Shown piece after piece: positions 60,182-64,000 of a DNA stretch of 64,000 nt. Source of the stretch: Paracoccaceae bacterium (lineage in GTDB: Bacteria > Pseudomonadota > Alphaproteobacteria > Rhodobacterales > Rhodobacteraceae). The notes below the pieces were generated by a model. It was not told the DNA's origin and did not search any database. It saw nothing but the letters and a program-made list of their open reading frames with translations. The position numbers and the translations under genes are program-made. Where the stretch lies: the NCBI GenBank assembly GCA_016744015.1, contig JADGFD010000005.1:66208-130207 (forward strand), given 5' to 3'. Within the stretch, counting starts at the first letter, position 1. Each line of letters begins with the position of its first letter.

Positions 60182-60937
60182 ATGGATCACACTGATCGTT
60201 TTTTGAGCCTCTCCCTTGCCGCGCCGGATTTGGCGGCCCCCCACGTGCTGGCCGCCTATATCCTCAAGCCCGCTGACGGGCATGATTTCCTACAAACCGT
60301 TGCCAGTTTTGCCGCTGAAAGTGGCCGAGGCACACAAGTGCCGCTGCCCATGATGGCCGATGCGCTAATACGCGCGCCAGGTAAAACTGGCACAGCCAAG
60401 ATTTTCTCGATGAGTATTTCGGCTGATGACCTCAATGAGATAGACATGCGCGCCGAAGCCGCACTGCCGGCCTTTAAGCCCCCCCCAGACAGCCTCGCCT
60501 TTCATGTAGACACCTCCTACCTCGCTGGCCCCATGGGCTTTGGCCCTATGGAAGGAAATGAGGCCGACCGGCCGATCGCCTGCATGATCGCGCAAAACAT
60601 CGCCCAAGGCCCCTATTTTGAGCAAAACTGGTATGGGCTAAAGCGCTCTGCGGCCATTGCTTCCGGCGGCATAAATGCCCCGCGGCTGCCTTCATTCCTA
60701 CAAAACCTCGGCCATTCCAACTTCATCCTCGCGGCTGACGGCGGAGCCTTTGGCCATATTGACGGCCCGTTGGCAGGCGCATGTTACCTGCGCCAAGCCG
60801 AGGCCTGCTGGCTAGCGCGTGCCGACCCGTTTGACTTTGCCGCAAACCATAAAGAATTCGCCCGCGCCTTCCTCAGCTTTGAGCAAGACGCCGATATCAT
60901 CCACCCCGGCTGGCGCGCCGCGCTTAGCCAAGCCTAA
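60182..60937 (+). CDS. cbbM: RuBisCO form II (CbbM)-derived ORF with large internal in-frame deletions and loss of catalytic residues; probable non-catalytic remnant
   Basis: The N-terminus 'HVLAAYILKP...FAAESGRGT' and the C-terminus 'GGAFGHIDGP', 'HKEFARAF.SF..DADIIHPGWR' match form II RuBisCO. The ORF is 251 aa against about 460, lacks the KPKLG region, and reads 'GFGPMEG' in place of 'GFGKMEG'. Strong SD GGAAGGGAGG. Confidence 0.7.
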   Translation: MDHTDRFLSLSLAAPDLAAPHVLAAYILKPADGHDFLQTVASFAAESGRGTQVPLPMMADALIRAPGKTGTAKIFSMSISADDLNEIDMRAEAALPAFKPPPDSLAFHVDTSYLAGPMGFGPMEGNEADRPIACMIAQNIAQGPYFEQNWYGLKRSAAIASGGINAPRLPSFLQNLGHSNFILAADGGAFGHIDGPLAGACYLRQAEACWLARADPFDFAANHKEFARAFLSFEQDADIIHPGWRAALSQA

Positions 60938-60957
60938 CCAACCAGTGAGGACCCATC

Positions 60958-61641
60958 ATGGACCGTTCAATTAAAATCGCCCCGTCGATCCTATCAGCCG
61001 ATTTCGCCAATTTCGGACAAGAGATCCGCGCCATTGAGGACCAAGGCTGTGACTGGGTACATGTGGACGTGATGGACGGCCACTTTGTGCCCAACCTCAC
61101 CTTTGGCCCCCCCGCCGTGGCCGCCTTTCGCCCACACGTAAAAACCGTGATGGATGTGCACCTGATGATCTCTCCGGTGGACCAGTATATTGAGGCATAC
61201 GCCAAGGCGGGCGCTGACTATATTTCGGCCCATCTAGAGGCCACCACCCACCCACACCGCACCTTGCAAGCCATTCGCGCCACGGGCGCAAAGGCGGGCC
61301 TTGCGCTTAACCCCGGCACAGGGATTGGCGATATCGAGTATCTGCTTGATATGGTGGATATGTTTGTGGTGATGACTGTAAACCCCGGTTTTGGCGGGCA
61401 AAAGTTCATCCACTCACAAATCGAAAAGGTGAAAAACCTGCGGGCTATGATCGGGGATCGCCCGATCCATATCCAGATTGATGGTGGCATTACCACCGAA
61501 ACCGCACCCCTTATGGCGGCAGCGGGTGCCGACGTATTGGTGGCTGGGTCGGCCGTGTTTAACGGTGGCACGGTGGATACCCCCGAGGTTTACGGCGCTA
61601 ATATCAAAGCTATCCGCGCAGCAGCAGAGGCGGCACGGTAA
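60958..61641 (+). CDS. rpe: ribulose-phosphate 3-epimerase
   Basis: 'IAPSILSADF...HVDVMDGHFVPN'. Confidence 0.95.
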   Translation: MDRSIKIAPSILSADFANFGQEIRAIEDQGCDWVHVDVMDGHFVPNLTFGPPAVAAFRPHVKTVMDVHLMISPVDQYIEAYAKAGADYISAHLEATTHPHRTLQAIRATGAKAGLALNPGTGIGDIEYLLDMVDMFVVMTVNPGFGGQKFIHSQIEKVKNLRAMIGDRPIHIQIDGGITTETAPLMAAAGADVLVAGSAVFNGGTVDTPEVYGANIKAIRAAAEAAR

Positions 61642-61642
61642 T

Positions 61643-62284
61643 ATGAAATCTGTAGTATTTGATCTGGATGGCACGCTGATCCACAGCGCGCCAGACCTGC
61701 AAGCCGCCGCCAACAAAATGCTGGCTGATTACGGCCTTGCGCCGCTCGACATGGCCACGATTGAGGGCTTCATCGGCAATGGTGTGCCCAAGCTGGTGGA
61801 GCGTTGCTTGCGGGCCTATGGCAAGCCCCAAAGCGAGGAGGCCATCGACAAAATGCGGGCGTATTATGGTGCCGACCCATTTACGCTGACCGAGCCTTAT
61901 GTGGGCGTGGTGGATTGCCTTGAGGCGCTAAAGGCGGCAGGCATCCAGCTTGCTGTTTGCACCAACAAGCCTTTGGCCCCTGCCCTGACCATTCTTGATG
62001 GTCTCAACCTCACGAAGTATTTCGACGTGGTCGTTGGCGGAGACACCTATTCCACCCATAAACCAGACCCACAGCCACTGCTGGGCTGTATGGACAAAAT
62101 GGGAGCAGATATGGCCAACACAGTTTATGTGGGCGATAGCGAGACCGATGCGCTGACAGCGCAGAACGCCGATATGACCTTTGCGCTATTTTCCGGTGGT
62201 TACCGTAAAACCCCGTGTGAAGAGCTGCGGCACCACTTCTTGTTTGACGATTTTGCGGCTCTGACGCCTTACCTGAAAGGGTGA
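61643..62284 (+). CDS. gph: phosphoglycolate phosphatase (HAD)
   Basis: 'VVFDLDGTL' and 'VGDSETD'. Confidence 0.8.
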   Translation: MKSVVFDLDGTLIHSAPDLQAAANKMLADYGLAPLDMATIEGFIGNGVPKLVERCLRAYGKPQSEEAIDKMRAYYGADPFTLTEPYVGVVDCLEALKAAGIQLAVCTNKPLAPALTILDGLNLTKYFDVVVGGDTYSTHKPDPQPLLGCMDKMGADMANTVYVGDSETDALTAQNADMTFALFSGGYRKTPCEELRHHFLFDDFAALTPYLKG

Positions 62285-62287
62285 CTC

Positions 62288-62968
62288 ATGGCTATTAAGG
62301 CGCTGATTTTTGACGTGGATGGAACGCTCGCAGAAACCGAAGAAGCCCATCGGCAGGCCTTCAATGATACCTTTAAAGCCAACGGGATAGCGTGGGCGTG
62401 GGATGTGCCGATGTATAGCATCTTGCTCAAAACGACTGGCGGCAAGGAGCGGATGCAGGCATATCAGCAGGCTCACCGGAGCGGTGAGCCGCAAATGGGT
62501 TGGGAGCGGATTAAAGACCTGCACGCACAGAAAACCGAACGCTATGTGGAGATACTGGCCTCTGGTGGATTACCTTTGCGCACGGGTGTGGCTGACTTGA
62601 TTGAGCGGGCCGCAGCCGCTGGGCTGCGGCTGGCGATTGCCACCACCACCAGCCGCCCCAATGTAGATGCGCTTACGGCCTGCTGCTGGGGCAAAACACC
62701 CGAAGAGGTTTTTGAAGTGGTGGCCACAGGTGAGCAGGTGAAGGCCAAGAAGCCCGCGCCTGATCTCTTTGAACTAGCGCTTGAGAGGCTGGGCCTGCCA
62801 GCGGCTGAATGCCTTGCCTTTGAGGACTCCCGCAACGGGGTGCTTTCAGCCATGGGGGCCGGGCTGCGCACGATTGTGACACCGGGGCAGTATACGCTGG
62901 AGGATGATTTTAGCGGCGCGGAAGCTGTGATTCCTTCCTTGGAAGGCTTCGAGCTTCAAGGATTGTGA
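62288..62968 (+). CDS. cbbY: HAD-family hydrolase CbbY-like
   Basis: 'LIFDVDGTLAETE' and 'FEDSRNG'. Confidence 0.8.
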   Translation: MAIKALIFDVDGTLAETEEAHRQAFNDTFKANGIAWAWDVPMYSILLKTTGGKERMQAYQQAHRSGEPQMGWERIKDLHAQKTERYVEILASGGLPLRTGVADLIERAAAAGLRLAIATTTSRPNVDALTACCWGKTPEEVFEVVATGEQVKAKKPAPDLFELALERLGLPAAECLAFEDSRNGVLSAMGAGLRTIVTPGQYTLEDDFSGAEAVIPSLEGFELQGL

Positions 62969-63067
62969 CAACGCTAGGCTCGCGCCGCGCTCGGGGAGCA
63001 AAGGCGGGGCGTGCCGCCCCTATTTGCCCCCCTCACGCGGCGCGCTTCGCCCAAGGGGCTCAGGGGG

Positions 63068-63784
63068 TTACCGCGCCTGCATTTCTACATCGGTGAAGTA
63101 GGCAATGCTGCGCGAGCCCGTGTTATCGCTATCGCAAAAAATCCCAATGCTTTTGAGAATCGGGAAATCACTGCGCCCATAAATCTCACGGTAAACCTCC
63201 ATTAGGTTCACTTCCTGATGCTGCCAGACGCCTGCGTTTTCATCTAGGCCATTGGCCACATAATGGGCAAAATCACCAATATACTTATAGTCGCCCGGCT
63301 CGTATTTCTGGTTGCTCCAGATAATTTCAAAAGCATACTCACCGCCCTCACGATCTTCCATTTTCAGGATAAGCCGTGCGGGGTGGTCGTCACCGGCTTC
63401 GGTGGCTTCATCTGCAGTTGACGAAATCGGGTGGTCAATCAACCAATCCCACACTAAAATCGGGTAGTCACCGACCTCGATATCAGTGGTGCGGCTCAGG
63501 ATAGAGGCGGTGCTATTGGTTTCACATTTCAGCGCCATTTTGCCCAGTGTTTCGCCGCGGGAAAGCCGCATAGGCTGTACCATCCAAAACTGGCTGTGCA
63601 CCCAGCCGAGATTTGGCTCCTCGTAATTTCCCACGGACTCCCATGGCAAAACCACCACGCTTTCGGCACCGTCTTCAGCGACAATCGGATTGCTCTCAGG
63701 GGGCGGATTAAAATAGCCGTAAACGACCCAGGCAACGACGCCTAGGCCGGCAAAAATGGCGGTAAGTCTCATCCATGACTGCAT
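63068..63784 (-). CDS. hypothetical protein with N-terminal TM (DUF3047-like?)
   Basis: 'MRLTAIFAGLGVVAWVVYGYF', Trp-rich. Confidence 0.4.
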   Translation of the reverse strand: MQSWMRLTAIFAGLGVVAWVVYGYFNPPPESNPIVAEDGAESVVVLPWESVGNYEEPNLGWVHSQFWMVQPMRLSRGETLGKMALKCETNSTASILSRTTDIEVGDYPILVWDWLIDHPISSTADEATEAGDDHPARLILKMEDREGGEYAFEIIWSNQKYEPGDYKYIGDFAHYVANGLDENAGVWQHQEVNLMEVYREIYGRSDFPILKSIGIFCDSDNTGSRSIAYFTDVEMQAR

Positions 63785-63800
63785 AAAATACCTCTAAAAC

Positions 63801-63986
63801 TTAAAACTCTCGGCCATATTCATTCGTATCAATCGGCTTGCTCGATAGATCATAGGTTGTGTCGCGCAGAAATTCCATCAAGGCACGGCTATCTTTGGCA
63901 TAGGCGTCTAGCTCATCACGGCTAAGTGGTTGGCCAACAGCAATTTTTACCGGCTTGTTTATCCGCCGTTTGAACTCGTTCACCAA
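63801..63986 (-). CDS. hypothetical protein, possibly 5'-truncated by the window end
   Basis: ORF only. Confidence 0.25.
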   Translation of the reverse strand: MVNEFKRRINKPVKIAVGQPLSRDELDAYAKDSRALMEFLRDTTYDLSSKPIDTNEYGREF

Positions 63987-64000
63987 GAGTGCCGTGCGCA

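Noticed and set aside
60182-60937. Interpretation of the short cbbM ORF as a simple frameshift pseudogene
   Set aside because: The whole fba-rpe interval is only about 800 bp, so the missing 600 bp is a real deletion in this sequence. The frame is continuous. This is therefore reported as an in-frame remnant, not a frameshift.

Overview
The window is high-GC (about 60-65%) alphaproteobacterial, most likely Rhodobacterales-like, chromosomal DNA. It is almost entirely coding, about 70 genes, with no rRNA, CRISPR array or obvious transposase.

Core housekeeping blocks:
- cimA (5' partial).
- A cmk / rpsA / sppA / ihfB / lapA / trpF / trpB block.
- ilvD, cobQ, a CCA-adding enzyme and mgtE.
- A dipeptide/oligopeptide ABC importer, a LolCDE-like FtsX-permease export cluster with a LolA-like protein and an outer-membrane barrel.
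- A MoxR(CoxD-like)/VWA(CoxE-like) pair.
- A complete Calvin-cycle (cbb, form-II type) operon: cbbR divergent from cbbF-prk-tkt-gap-fba-cbbM'-rpe-gph-cbbY.

Most notable observations:
1. The RuBisCO form II gene (cbbM) in the cbb operon is reduced to a 251-codon in-frame ORF missing the catalytic core, while every other cbb gene looks intact.
2. The MoxR/VWA pair is split by a roughly 1.6 kb lower-GC insertion. It carries a signal-anchored orphan protein and an N-terminal class-3 lipase-like fragment whose stop overlaps the VWA start.
3. A roughly 1 kb low-GC (about 41%) islet upstream of ilvD encodes a GIY-YIG nuclease-domain protein.
4. A DUF2158-like small protein is fused to a Gly/Arg/Tyr/Asp-rich repetitive tail encoded by imperfect tandem DNA repeats.
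5. A degenerate tRNA-like element sits in a 600 bp gap directly downstream of trpB, where trpA would be expected.
6. A dispersed GC-rich intergenic repeat family is present in at least three copies, together with nested GGGGGC hairpin elements.
7. One gene (41670-42393) appears frameshifted.

All calls rest on reading the translated ORFs and the nucleotide sequence. No database searches were run.
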